Origin: Lama glama
Lineage: Eukaryota
DNA length: 64,000 nucleotides
NCBI GenBank assembly: GCA_028534125.1
Contig: CM052816.1
Location: forward strand, 99,140,001-99,204,000
Direction: 5' to 3'
The position numbers and the translations under genes are program-made. Shown here one piece after another: positions 10,930 through 24,089 of the stretch; the first letter of the stretch is position 1; each line of letters opens with the position of its first letter. The notes below the pieces were generated by a model. The model saw only the letters and a list, made by a program, of their open reading frames with translations. It did not search any database and was not told the origin of the DNA.

Positions 10930-13745
10930 ACCTGGAAAAAATAGACAGGTAAAAGTAGGTTAAATGAAAACACGAGAGAGAAAGAAAATAATGCCGATGG
11001 GAGCTGAGCTCAATTAAATAGAAAACAGAGAAGCAATAGAAACAGCAATGAAACAAAACCTGTTGTTTTGTGTTGTTTTGTTTTGTTTTGTTTTTTATTG
11101 TTTTTGACAACCCTCTAGCTAGACTGATGTGGGGAAAAGGAGAAAACCCACAAATGATCAATATCAGAAATAAAGGAGGGACAGTCATTACAAACTCTAT
11201 AGACATTAAAATGGTAATGAAGAAATATTACAAATAACTACATGCCAGCTTAGATTGGCCAGCTTAGATTAAATAGGCAAGTTGTTTGAAAGGAATAAAC
11301 TATCCAGCTCATTCAAGGAGAAATGAATATACTATAGTCATAGTTCTTTTAAAGAAATTGAATTTGCCATTTAAAAACTTCCAACAAGAGAATTCCGGGG
11401 TCAGATGGCACCATTGGAACATTCGACAATTTAGTAAATAAATAAATAATGCCAATGCTATGCAAACTCCCCCAGAAATTTACAAAAGAAGGAACATTTC
11501 TTCGGTGATTTATGAGATGAATACCATCCTAATAAAGCAAACTAAAGACATTGCAAAAAAGGGCACTATGACCTCTTCAATGAAAAATTGACAGATTAAG
11601 TCCAGCACTACATAAAAAGGAATGTACTTCATGAACATGTTGGTTTACTCTGAGTATGGAAAACTTGATCGGCCCTTGAAAATAGATTACTGTAGTTCAC
11701 CATACCATCAAATTAAGGAATTCAAACCATGTGATCATCTCAATAAGTGCTCCCCCAAAACTGACAAAATTAAACATTCATTTAAAGTAAAATCACTTAG
11801 AAGATCGGGAATATGAAGGAATTCCCACAAGCTGGTAAAAATGAATTTATGTAAAACTTCCAATTAAAATTTTACTATTAAGTAAGAGACCAAATGTGTT
11901 TTCCCCAAGGCTGACACAAAGCAAGAGTGCCCCTTCTCACCCTCATGCTCAATGTCCTAGTGAAGGTCCAGGCCAGGACAATGAGGTTTGAGAGAAAAGG
12001 CAAACATATTATAAAGGAAGTAATTAACCTGTGTCTATTCCTGGCTGACATGATCAACTATGTATACAATCCCAAAGAATATAAAAATGCTAATGAAATT
12101 AGTGACTGGGTTTAGTATAATCAAAGAAAACAAGATAAAAAGTCAATTTGAAATTCAAATAAAAAGTGACATTCGCATTGTTTACAAAAATTCTCAAATA
12201 TTTTGATATAAATCTAAGAAATTATGTGCAAAAAATCTTTATTTTAAAAATGAAAATATATCTATGAGATAAATCAGAGAAGACATAAATAAATGGAGAG
12301 GCATACTGTATTCATAAGTTGAAGAGCTTAATGTTGTTAGGATTTCAATTCTTGTCAAATTGATATATAGGTTCAATAAAATCCCAATTAAAATCTCAGG
12401 AGGCTTCTTTTTATTGAAATTAACAAGCTGATTGTAAAATTTACGTAGAAATATGAAGGATTAGAGAAACCAAGTGATTTTGTAAAAGCAAAGTTGGATG
12501 ATTTATGCCACTTGATTTCAAAATCTACTGTGAAACTACAGTAACCAAGACAGTGTGATATTGATAAAAAAGATAATAATAAAAATCAACTTAAACGAGT
12601 GTAAAGTCAAGTACAGATGCACATGTATATGGTCAATTAATTTTCAAAAAAGGTGCAAAAGTGAAAAAAAGAATAGGTTTTGAAGAGATGGGGCTAAAAC
12701 TATAGGGCATCTATATGCAAAGAAAATAAATTTTGATCCAAACATAGAGAAATTTACTCAAAATAAAGTATAGATCTAAATGTAAAACTTTAAAACTATA
12801 TAAACTACAGAAGAAAGCACAGAAAAAAATCTTTGAGAACTGAGGTTAAACAGAGAGCTGTTAGAAATGTACAATCTCCTAAGGCTGAACCAGGAAGAAA
12901 TAGAAACTATGAACAGACCAATTACTAGGACTGGAATTGAGTCAGGAATTAAAAAACCCAGCAAACAAAAGCCCAGGGCCAGACGGCTTCACAGGTGAAT
13001 CCTAACAGACATTGAGAGAAGAGTTAACACCTGTCCTTCTGAAACTATTCTAAGAAACTGCAGAGGAAGGAACACTTCCAAACTCACAATCATCCTGATA
13101 CCAAAACTAGACAGAGAGATCACAAAAAACAAAATTACAGGCCAATATCACTGATGAACATAGATGCAAAAACCCTTCACAAAATACTAACAGAAAGAAC
13201 CCAACAATACATTAAAAGGGCCACACACCATGACCAAGTGGGGTTTATCCCAGAGATGTGAGGACTGTTCAATATTCACAAATAACTTTATTTCTTATGC
13301 CCTTAACTGGAAACAGCCCAAACATCTGTCATCAGCTGACGGGTAAACCTGCTGGGGTGTTCACAGTGGAAGACTGTCTGCAATAAAAAACATGAACCGT
13401 TGGTACACAAAGCAGCGTGGATGAACCTCCAAATAATTACGCTGAGGAAAAAAGTCAGCCTCCCCCACCTTCAAAAAATAAGAGTGTATGTCACATAAAC
13501 TCACGAATACAACAATTTTAGAAAATGAAAACTACTCTGTAGTGACAAAAAAGCAGATGAGTGGTTCCTGGCTGAGGGTGAAGGAAGGGTGTGAATGGGA
13601 ACAAAGAGGCACAAGAAAGCTTCTGGACGGCTCATATTCCAGTGTGATGACGGTTTTGTGGTTGTGTTCATATGCCACAGCTCATCAAATTATGCATTTT
13701 AAGTCCTTGCAGTTTATCATGTGTCAAATAGATGAAAAATATCCT
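10930..13745 (+). mobile_element. Old L1 (L1MC-like), ORF2 to 3' UTR, with an internal deletion
   Basis: Decayed ORF2 landmarks (gacaaccctctagctagactgat, aatatcagaaataaaggagggacag, ctacagtaaccaagacagtgtg) and a 3' UTR (aactggaaacagcccaaac...gatgaacctccaaataattacgctgag). Confidence 0.85.
12861..13283 (+). mobile_element. Younger L1 ORF2 internal fragment embedded in the older L1
   Basis: Translates LEMYNLLRLNQEEIETMNRPIT...KSPGPDGFTGE...[13 protein letters not shown]...HHDQVGFIP. It is much less decayed than its flanks and has no poly-A. Confidence 0.9.
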
Positions 13746-14989
13746 GTAATATGAGGGAAGTTTAGGAAAAAATGCATCCCTTAAATGTGCACGATTAGAC
13801 TAGTCATAATTTTGAATTTTAACTGTCTTATCCTATTTTTCTTCTGCAAGCAGAGCTGAAAAGTGCTCGTGTGCCGGAGGACTGAGAAGTGAGAAACTGC
13901 GAGGCAAGGGAGGTTAAATCAAGGGTGCGCTCATGAGCTGCTGGCCACTGCGAGGAAGAAGAATTCAGTTCCCGCCTGGGCACAGAGAGCCGTGTGAGAT
14001 GCAGAAGCAAGCTGTCTGTCCATCCCTCCCCCCAGGCTGGGTCCAGGTGCTCCACAAGGTTCTGACCCCTGCGTCCTTCCAGGTCTGCGTGGGCCAGAAG
14101 GCACAGAAGTCGAGCAGAGGGACAGTCATGATGCACCTGTGGGACGTGGAAGATTAGTGTCGACTGTTGCAGGAACAGTACAAAGTTTGGTGGAGAGTAT
14201 GTGAGGGGAGGCTTGCCAGGTGTCCAAGGCAGTGACACAATATCACCCTGGGCCCATGATTCATGACCCTCTTTGAATTTAATTAAGTAATCAATTGATT
14301 TATTAATATAATGCGCCCACTGCTCAGATCGACTACTAGCCCATCGCCAGCAACATACATCTGCCGAGGCACTCCTAATTCACCCTCGACCCATCCGGTT
14401 AGCCTCCATCCTGATTAGTACATCCATCATCCCCTTGCTGAAAAAAATAGTTTCTATCGCTAGGCTTCATTTTTGGGCTTAATAGAAATATATATTAGAT
14501 ATTATGCTCTGGGATTTGCTTTTCAAATTACATTAAAATTCATACATATTTTGGCACGTTTTTGTGGTTCATTCACCTACACCGTTATTTAATTTCTCAT
14601 TGTGGGAAAACACTATTATTCACTCTCCTTAACTGGGGAGTCTAATTGTTTCTCATTGTTGCTATGACGTATGTGCTATGAACATTTGTGTGCATAGTTC
14701 CTGGCCTCATGTGAGAAGTCCTCATGAGAAATGGCAGTGCAGACTGGTCAAGAATGGACACATACAGGACAGCGCTAAACGTCTTCTCAGTGACTAACTC
14801 CAGCCAGAATCACAGAAGCAGAACACGGCCTAGCACGCTCGGCCAGCCCCCAGCACACTCACACTGCGTGCAAGTCACCACATCAGTTACGCAGCAGTGG
14901 AGACCACAGCGCAAATGCTGTACTTTCTGGGACTCTTTTGTAGAACAAACGTTGGAATCCCTTGAATCATCCATTTTCTAAAAATTTGT

Positions 14990-16780
14990 ATAACATCTGT
15001 TTAAAACAGGAAAATCAGGTTTCTCCTGAAAAATCCATGCAAGATGTGGTAAATAGAGTATTCAGACGCAAATTTAAAAGTTTCTACTGATTTCGTAATA
15101 AAACAAACAAACAAAAAAAATAATTAAATAAACTGTGCTAAGAATTTCTTCTAAAGAATGTATCAAGTTATGAGATACATCTAAAGAAAATCAAAGGATG
15201 AATTTAATAATTCCAGCTAGGGAAGAAGTGAAGTAAAATATAAATAATAGCAGATTTGCAGATATGGATCTAAAATTCCCAACTAAAACACCTGTAGGTA
15301 AAGCTGACGGATTAAAGCAGATATATATATATATACATATATATACATATGTATATATGTATATAAAGAAGGATGCCCTGGCACTGCAGATGTAGGACCA
15401 GTCACATAAGACAGTGACTATTTGGAACCCCCTCTAACGTGACCCACATACTGTATATGATTATTTCAATATAGCTCAAAAAGGCATTTGGTCACATGCA
15501 ATATACCTGCATGATTAACAAAGCAAACAGTCAAGCAAATGAAAATCACTTAGGAAACTGACAGTGGAGGGTTCCTTGACATTAAAAATTATTTCTATTT
15601 ATGCAAAGAACCAACAGCTTACTTAAGAATTCAGTTAGAGTTTAGAATTCAGTTATTTCTATTAAAATTAAAAAAGAAAGAATGTAGACTCTCCTGTGTA
15701 TCTTTTATAATTTGTCTAGCTTTTTAGATAATCATATAAAATGAGAAAAACAAATGGAATATAACTCTAGCAAAGATGAAAATTACATGTGAATTCTTGC
15801 AGGTACTCGGAGATTTTCACTGAAAAACTAGCAAAAAGTGACTATACATGATTTAAAATAATGTAAAATTCAACCAGATGTTCTATTATATACAATACAG
15901 ACAATTAAGAGTATTCTGTAATACTGGATGCTATCATTTATACAAATATAACAGTGGTCAAAATCAAATTTATAATAGATACTAAAGTACAAAATATCTG
16001 TAAATACATTTAACCAAAAGCCAATAGGATCCACATGAAGAAAATTTAAAATCTTTTTCTGAAGGTTAGGTATAGATTAAATAAAAAGACAAGACATAGT
16101 ATAAAATGTTAAAAACTGTGCCTCAGAATGTTTTACAGATAAAAACAATTCATTAATTTTTTAAACTTAAACACTCTTTTTATTGGTGTCCATTCAAATG
16201 TGATTATACAAGCCATCTGGTAAACAATAAAAAACATTTTAAAAATTATAATCAAAGCTGGTATTACAGTAGTTATCAGACACTATGCAACTGATGTAAG
16301 AAATGACAGAGCATGAAGCAGAAGAAATTCATGAAACAAAACAAAAATGCATATTTCTTATCTATTTAACACCTTTACATTGATTTTTATATTTATTTAT
16401 TGGTTTTCTAACAAATTGTATGGCAAAACAGGCTAACTTCTTAGAAAAAATAAATTTAGATGATTTAGCTTTTATAATACTTCAAACAATTTCAGCTATA
16501 ATATAGGTTTAATAAAACTGCTAATGAGCCACAAAGTCCACAGGAATGAATATACATGGATACCAGTGTCAGGAGGAAATTGCTAATCCTGAAAGAAAAA
16601 TCGCAAAAAAAAAAAGTGAAAATATTTTGATAGATTTGTCTATGCACTTTTAAGCTTCTGAGCCTCAAAAAGAAACCATAATCAAAAAAAGAAAGTCAAT
16701 GTCAATATTTGCAGAAAAAAAAGATCGAGGATTAACAGGTTCAGTTTTTATATAAAATAAGATGTAAACTAAAAGTAAGA
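14990..16780 (+). mobile_element. Highly degraded L1 (L1ME-like) fragments with a (TA)n tract
   Basis: A-rich strand bias and residual ORF2-like phrases (aaaaggcatttggtcacatgcaatatacctgcatgatt, gtaaatacatttaaccaaaag). Confidence 0.5.
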
Positions 16781-18398
16781 GAGAAGGTCTGTTGTGGAAG
16801 ACTCCAGTAAATAAATACTGACTGACTGCAGGGACCTGAGCCCATCCCTACACACACACTCACACACACACACTCACACGCACTCACACGCACACTGTTC
16901 CCAGCGAAAGCTCTGTCTCGCTCCTGGGATTACTGATTCCAAGTGAAGAGACCCTGGGAATCGTGGGCCCTTGGAATCCACAGGCTGTGCCCGGCCAAGG
17001 ATCGTGTGGACTGTCCCAGCTCACAGCCCCTGTTGTTTGGAAATTGTGTCTGTTTGCTTTTGAGGGTTCCTTATTAAGACGGGAAAGACTCTGAGATAAG
17101 TGAGTTCTCAGATGTGGTCACCATGAGCTTATCTCCTTTACTATTAGAAAAGTAATCTGAACACTAGAGAGAGAGAGAAGGTGACTCAGGGAAGGATTCC
17201 AAAATCGTAATTACGGCTTGCTTGGTTGCAGAATTACAGATTGCTTCTATTATGTATTTTATGCTTTAAAATATTTTTGCCTACTGAAAAAATATATAAT
17301 AAACAGATATTGGCGTTATCATGAAGACAAGAATCGGTTCCCGATTCATCCCGCTGTCCCTGACTCTGCCTTTCTTATGGTTTCTTGTCATTCCTTTTGT
17401 GGACACAGTGCTAAACCCGTAAATGCCAGGACTTTGAGGTCTACCAGACAGAGACAAGAAGTCTGCAAGATTTATCAAAGATTTTAGAAAAATATCATGT
17501 GTATGCTGATGAAAAGAGAAGAAGCAGTATAAATCTAGAATTAAATTTCATACCCAAATCATTTTATTTGCTTTTCACTGTAACAGAGGGTCGATTTTCT
17601 CCAAAAATTATTATAAAGTATGTGCTTTGCTTTTAGGATAAATGATAGTACGCTCATGCACTTTATTCCATAAATATTCATATTCAGTGAAGGGGGAAGA
17701 CCACTTGATTAAGTTCAAGAGATGCTATCTTTTCCTCCAGTCCTATCACTAACCCGCCCGCTGTGTAATCTGACTGGAGACCACATGTAACTTCTCTGAG
17801 CTGCAGTTTTCTTAAATACAAAATATAGAAACAAGGTTTAGGGTTTTCCAAACTTCTAGTTTAAGACGAGGCACAGGAAGGCTATGTTTAAGCTAGACCC
17901 TTTCACCAAAGCAGCCATACGAGGCAGCTGAATCAAGGAAAACATTTTTTCTCCTTCAATTTAAACTAAGCATTATACTGGGATTGTTTTCCTTCCATAT
18001 TGCAAGGGAATGGAAATGAAACTCTACAGTTAAAATGTAACTTGAAAGAATTTATGTGGTTCACTGGGTAATAATTGCAACATTTTCCATGGCCTATTAG
18101 AGAGCAATTTCTTTGGTTTTATTAGGTGTTTCAGAATATTTTGAAAGGTTTTTTTCTAGTGTATCTCTCTTTTTTTCTTAATTCTCCTTTGAGTGGCATG
18201 ATATTCCTATATTTCAATGGAGAAAGTGGAACTAACTTAATAAAATGAAAATTTCCAATGCGGGTTCCTCGCTGCTTATTTTACCCACAGCGACTGCAGA
18301 AACACTAACGCAAATACTCCTGTGATTTACTGTTTCCTTGAAACACAGTGATTTGTCTTTACTTTTCTTGATGCATAGAATTAAAACACCTGGTTAGC

Positions 18399-18567
18399 GA
18401 CCTACTGTAGAGCACAGGGAAATATATTCAATTTCTTGTAATAACATAAAATGGAAGAGAATCTGAAAAAAAATGTGTATGTATATGTACAACGGAATCT
18501 CTTTGCTGTACACCTGCAACTAACATTGTAAATCGACTACACTTCAATAAAAATAATAAAAAAAAAA
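18399..18567 (+). mobile_element. Short L1 3' end with poly-A and TSD
   Basis: gacctactgtagagcacaggga...tgctgtacacctg...cttcaataaaa plus an A-tail. TSD acctggttagc (18388-18398) / aactgattagc (18566-18576). Confidence 0.9.
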
Positions 18568-18820
18568 CTGATTAGCTCATCACTGCTCGGGGGTTTAATT
18601 TAAAACCTTCTGAAATGCAGCTGAGAATAGCACATGCATAAACACAGAGAACACTTCAGTTCCTTCTTTTGCCTGTTTTACCGCTATAAATCTAACGTGG
18701 CTCCTGGCCAAAGACTTTAAGAACCATTAAGTCTTTAGGAGACGTCTTCTCCTCTGTGAGATGCATGCATTTCACACTCACCATTGTGGGAGTGAATGTG
18801 GTGGAGATGGCTGGTCTTCA

Positions 18821-18854
18821 GGCAGCTCCCAGAATCGGCCAGTGGGGGGCAGTA
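18821..18854 (+). promoter_or_regulatory. Candidate CTCF site with upstream (ZF9-11) motif
   Basis: GGCAGCTCCC-AGAAT-CGGCCAGTGGGGGGCAGTA compared with canonical TGCAGTNCCC-N5-TGGCCASYAGRKGGCRSY. One core mismatch, correct spacing. Confidence 0.6.
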
Positions 18855-19049
18855 TAAGACAAGGTTTGCACCATCAGCCAGCAGGTTCTGTGAATGTGTG
18901 TGAATCAGATCTTCCTTAAACGGCAGCTGATAAAAATCAGCTTTTCCTCTTAATTACTGCTAAGTGAACGCCTTCTGATCTGACAGATGGTAAGGCTGAT
19001 TCTTGAGCAGGCCACTGACACTTCTGGAGAGCCAGAGAGTCCCTGGGTG

Positions 19050-19940
19050 CCGGGCAGAACATTTCCCCGGACACGTGAGATCTCACCTGGGCCTGCAGCG
19101 ATGCTGTGGCACAAACAGCCACGTTTCAAACGTGAGAACACTGAACTCGCAAAGTCGAAGCGGCTCCGTCCTGAACAGCCTGCCACGACCCTCATATCCA
19201 CATCTGGAGCGTTGGGCAGAGGGGTGGAAACGCTCACGGGTGGGAGTACTTCCCTTCCCCTTGGATCTCAGTGCCTGTCCTGTCCAACCAGAGCAGGGCT
19301 GCTCGGACGTCCCCGCGATGCGGAGAAACAGCGAGGCGCCCGGAGCCCAGAGGGAGCTTGCGTTTAGAGGCAGGACCGTTCCCGAAGCCGCAGTGTTACC
19401 GCTGCGGGCTGGGAAGAGGGCGGGGATCTGGGGTCCGGTGTCAGATGTTCCCTCCCGACCTGACTAAGGAGAGAGGTGCCACGCTCGTTTCCAAGTTAGA
19501 AACATTCATAAAAATATGCAGGGGGCTGGTTTTTAAAAGACTCTTAAATGACTAGACAAACACCCTCCGCAGCAGTACTTCCGGTCTTTTCGGCAGATCG
19601 TATTTCTGAAATAGACACGCTTCGTAACCACACAGCGACTCTGAGCAACGCTGCCCGCCCTGGATTTCCTTTGGAGGCTGAAGTTACTGCACAATTGCCA
19701 GCATCCTCCCTTTGTTAACCGAATAAACACACACACACACATGCAGTTGTGTGTAATCAGCACGTGACTCCGAGACTCGCCCACATGCAACGTGCAGGCG
19801 CCCGAGACTCGAATTTCGTCTTCACATCGGTGTCTGCTGTGCCCGTGGAGACTCCTCCGTGGCGGGTGTCCTTAGACCAGCAGAAAAGAAAGAGCACAGT
19901 CGAGTAGAAAACATGGCTTCAGCAGCGTCCTGCAGACTCG
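19050..19940. promoter_or_regulatory. CpG-enriched unique segment (weak CpG island or enhancer candidate)
   Basis: Visible CpG excess (ccccgcgatgcgg, gcgaggcgcccgg, ccgctgcggg) and a GC-box gggcgggg within an AT-rich L1 background. Confidence 0.45.
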
Positions 19941-20034
19941 CATGCTGGAGGGAACTGTGTGTGTACATATTTATTTATATTTAAATATGGAAGCTGAAAC
20001 GGACAGTGAGCTCATTGATGAGACAGTCTTAAAG

Positions 20035-20675
20035 GACTTTAATAAAAACAGCTTAATTGAGGTATATTTGACATCAAATTGGCTGCACACATCTAAAGTG
20101 TTCAATTTTATAAGTTTGACATACAAATTCTTACCCATGAAACCATCACCACAGTCAAGATAATAAACTTACCATCCATCCCCAAAAGTTTCACCAAAAC
20201 CCCTCCCCTCCTGTGGTCCCTCTGCCTCAGTCAACTGCTCATCTGTTTCCTGTCACTAGAAATGATTTGCATATTCTACAAATTCATAGACTATGAATCA
20301 TACAATACTTATTTCATCCTCTGGCTGTTTTTGCTCAGACTCATTATTTTGATAACCATCCGTGTTGTGGCCTGTATAAACAGATCATCGTTTTTCATTC
20401 CTCCATAGTGTTCCATGGTATGGATATACCATCGTCTATCCAGTCACCTCTTGATGAACATTTGAGTTGTTTTACTTACTGTGTAGTACTGAGCACGTTG
20501 TTAAAAGCATCAGTGTGTGTATGTTTTGGGGGACACATTTGTCCATATCTGCAAGGTAAATACCCAGGAATGGGATGGCTAGATTGTACGGGAGGAGTGT
20601 GTTTAACTTTCAAAGAAACCCAAACTCTTTTCCAAAGTTACTGTAACATTTTACATTCCTACCAGCAGCATAGGT
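20035..20675 (-). mobile_element. L1MB-like 3' UTR, antisense
   Basis: aacagcttaattgaggtata...catgaaaccatcaccaca...ttgatgaacatttgagttgttt...aaatacccaggaatgggatggct...cattcctaccagcag. Confidence 0.85.
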
Positions 20676-20704
20676 ATGTATGGGTTAATATATACAGTGA
20701 TAAG

Positions 20705-21033
20705 AACAAAACCAGACACGAACTTATTTACAAAACAGACTCACAGACATAGAAAACAAACTTACGGTTACAGGGGGTGGGAAGAGATAAATTGGGAGTT
20801 CGAGATTTCCAGATACTGACTACTATGTCTAAAATAGGTAGACAACAAGTTCATACTGTACAGCACAGGGAACTGTATTCAATATCTTGTAGTAACTTAT
20901 GGTGGGAAAGAATATGAAAATGAATATACGTATGTATATGTATGACTGAAGCACTGTGCTGTACACCAGAAGTTGACACAACATTGTAAACAGACTATAC
21001 TTCAATAAAAACATATTAAAAATAAAAATAAAA
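20705..21033 (+). mobile_element. Younger L1 3' UTR inserted into the older antisense L1
   Basis: gaacttatttacaaaacagactcacagacatagaaaacaaacttacggtta...ctgtacagcacagggaact...cttcaataaaa plus an A-rich tail. Confidence 0.9.
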
Positions 21034-21039
21034 GCACTA

Positions 21040-23420
21040 AATGTTTGTTATATTATTATTATCTTCTGTAACAAAGAATTTTTAATGTTGTTGTAGTCTC
21101 AAGACACACAATTGATTTGTGGGAATAGTGTTGGTCTTTCAAGACCTGCTTAGAAGTGCCTCCCTATACTGGTGTTAGACGTGTTCCGTGTTGTCTCCTG
21201 CAAGCTTTGTACTATTGCATTTTAATTACGTTTTTAATCTTTCTGGGACTTATGTATAATTTGGATCAATTTTATCTTCACATATGGACAAAGAGTGTTT
21301 TTTTTATTCCACCCTTCTCACTCATTTTTATTTCATCTTTTCATATTCAAAACGTTCATTTATAATGGACTTCCGAGCATCTCTACTTTGTAACAAACTG
21401 ATTTCTATGTCCATACACAAACATACTATTTTGAATACTGTAATTTTACTCTTGAATTCTGATTGCATGGAAATATTGCTTCAATTCTCTCAGCTTACCC
21501 TGTTTCTTTAATTTTCCATTGGATATATTGATCAATTTGTCTATTTCCATGTAATTTTATCAAATTGTGTGACATTTATGGATTAGAAATGTATTGCATT
21601 TGTAGATTAATTAGGGAAGAATGAACACCTTTACTTTCTGTAAATAAGCATGGTAGAGTTTTTATTTTATTTGGCTCTTCTTTTCGTCCTTCACAAACAT
21701 ACTTTGTTGGGCATTTTCCTAGGGAGCCCACTAGTTTTTATTTCTACTGTCAATGACATCTTGCTTTCTTCTGTTACATGTCACAGTCACGACCTTTGCA
21801 CAACAATACTATTCACATATATTTTATTGCTGTTTGTATATGTGTATACTATATATGTATATAGTCATATACGGACAGCTGGTTCTCTTCCTTTATAATT
21901 CTTATAAACTATTTCTTGACTTTCTGCTTGGCTAGGACACCATCACAATGTAGAACAGAACCAGTTATAACTGGCTTCCTGACATCAAAAGGAATGCTTT
22001 TGATATGGGCTTACACTGTTGGATTTATATTGTAGTTTCATGAGAGAAATATTTCACAATGTTAAGAAAAATCTGTTTGAGTCCAAATTGAAATTATCAG
22101 ATGATTCTGTATGAGGATTGTAAGTTGGTTGGTCTGTAGCAAACAGTATTTTGAAATGACTTGGATAATATGCTTTTTCTTACTTAATCTTCATTCAGTA
22201 ACTTCTGTTAATTCTTGCCTAATTAGTAGTGATGCATGATTTCTGTGCATCGAGGAACATGCTGCTATTCCATTCAGTGCTCTTGCATCTGTGGTGACAA
22301 GTGAGATTGTTCTAGAAGTTTCCCTTTGATATTTTCCCAGAATACTCTGTGCTATATCAACTTTATGAATGAGTTAGGAAGATCTCCTTATTTTATCCTC
22401 TGAAAGAGTATTTCACACAGATAATGCATTCCTTGATATTTTGGTAAAACTCGCTTATAAAACTTGTCTCTATCTTTTTTATTTTGAGGAAGGGGAGAGA
22501 AGTTTACTAATGGTTTGATATATTTAATAGTTTCCAGTTTATTCAGGTTTTATTGCATTTTTTGACTTAATTTTCATAAATCATATTTTTACAGAAGTTG
22601 CATATTTAAGCTTTCAAATTGGCCATCATAGAAGAGTTTGAAGTGTCTCATAATTTTAACATGTGCTTGTGTCATTTTATATGTCACAACTTTTAGATTT
22701 ATTATTGTTTTATTTTTATCTTTCCTATTTTCTTGATACATTTTGGCAAAGGCTGTTTATTTAACTTTTTTTAAAAAAAATCAGGATTGAGTTTTATTAA
22801 TTCTTTAATTTTTTTACTTAAAATTTTTCCTCTGTATTTTCTTTTTTATGTATTTATATATGTTGGGTTTATTTGTTTTATTTTTCTGGATGATTTAGTT
22901 GCTTTAAGATTATAATTCTAAGTCTAGTTCCTTTATAGAATGACTCTCTTTTTAATTTAGATGATTTTAGGCTCCCTTGTCTATGGACTTCAGCTGTCTC
23001 ACTGAGTCATGTCTGGGAGTGGATTTAATCTGATCCCCTCTCCCTGTGACAGATTTTGCTTACTGTCTACGCTCAGTTCTGCAGACGTTTCACCAGTGCT
23101 CTGTGGGTGTTGCCTTCCTGTACCCTCTGTTTTCTCCATTTCCCATCTGAGCTGTGCCTTTTCGTATTATTCTCCCTTATTCTACTAGTTTCTCATTCAA
23201 CTTTCCATCTTTCAGTCTCTTTACTCTATCCTGGTAATTTCCTTCATTCTATCTTCCACTTTATTAATTCTCTCTTCTTTAAAGAAAATATCAGTTGTTA
23301 GCTCATCTATCAGATTATGTCTCTTACTTATTGTATTTTTACTTCTAAACATCATAATATTTTGTTATTTAATATATTTTTATTTTCATTTTTGTTCCTT
23401 TATTTAATTTCTTAAAATTT
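21040..23420 (-). mobile_element. Degraded old L1 ORF2, antisense
   Basis: T-rich strand with L1 antisense phrases (tttgtagattaattagggaagaatgaacac, ggctaggacaccatcacaatgtagaacaga, tttggtaaaactcgcttataaaac). Confidence 0.7.
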
Positions 23421-24089
23421 TAATTACTTAAAGACTCTACCAAATTATTTAATTCTTGCAGATTCTTGTGATCTAAATTGGGAGATATGTGTATGTGTGC
23501 ATATGTGTGTGTATATGTTCAGGTCCATGCGAAGGCCAGAGAGCAATTATTTGGATTTTATAGTAATATACAATATATTAATATGCAAATTTTATAACTT
23601 TAGCTTCATTTCAGTAGTTAAATCCAATTTATAAATCTTTCTGTTTGATTTATTAATCTAGCAAATTTTTGTTGTTTTTTAATGAATACTGAATAAATCA
23701 AATGCATTTTAAAACTCCCCTTAAAACAATCAGAGCCATTGAATTGCTTATTTAAGCAAATGACCTTAAATATTCAAACTTTATTTTGAGTTATTATGTT
23801 AGATTAATCACTGAGCATTTCAAATTCCAGACAGGACAGACATAAAACCCCAAGAATAAAATAATCTGAAGCAGTAAGATCACATAAATATTAAAAATTA
23901 AACTCATAAATTCATCTATCAAGTTCTTGTAAGTATGTTAACATTGTCTGAGTGTATACTAAAGATGTCTTAATACTTTTAGTAAAAATGTTATCTAGAA
24001 GCTCTTAAGCAGGAACCTCTAGAGAGAAAACATAAAGTGGCGTGGGGCTGTGGTCCTATAGGTCCATCCCATGCCTGTGGAGGCAGAAG

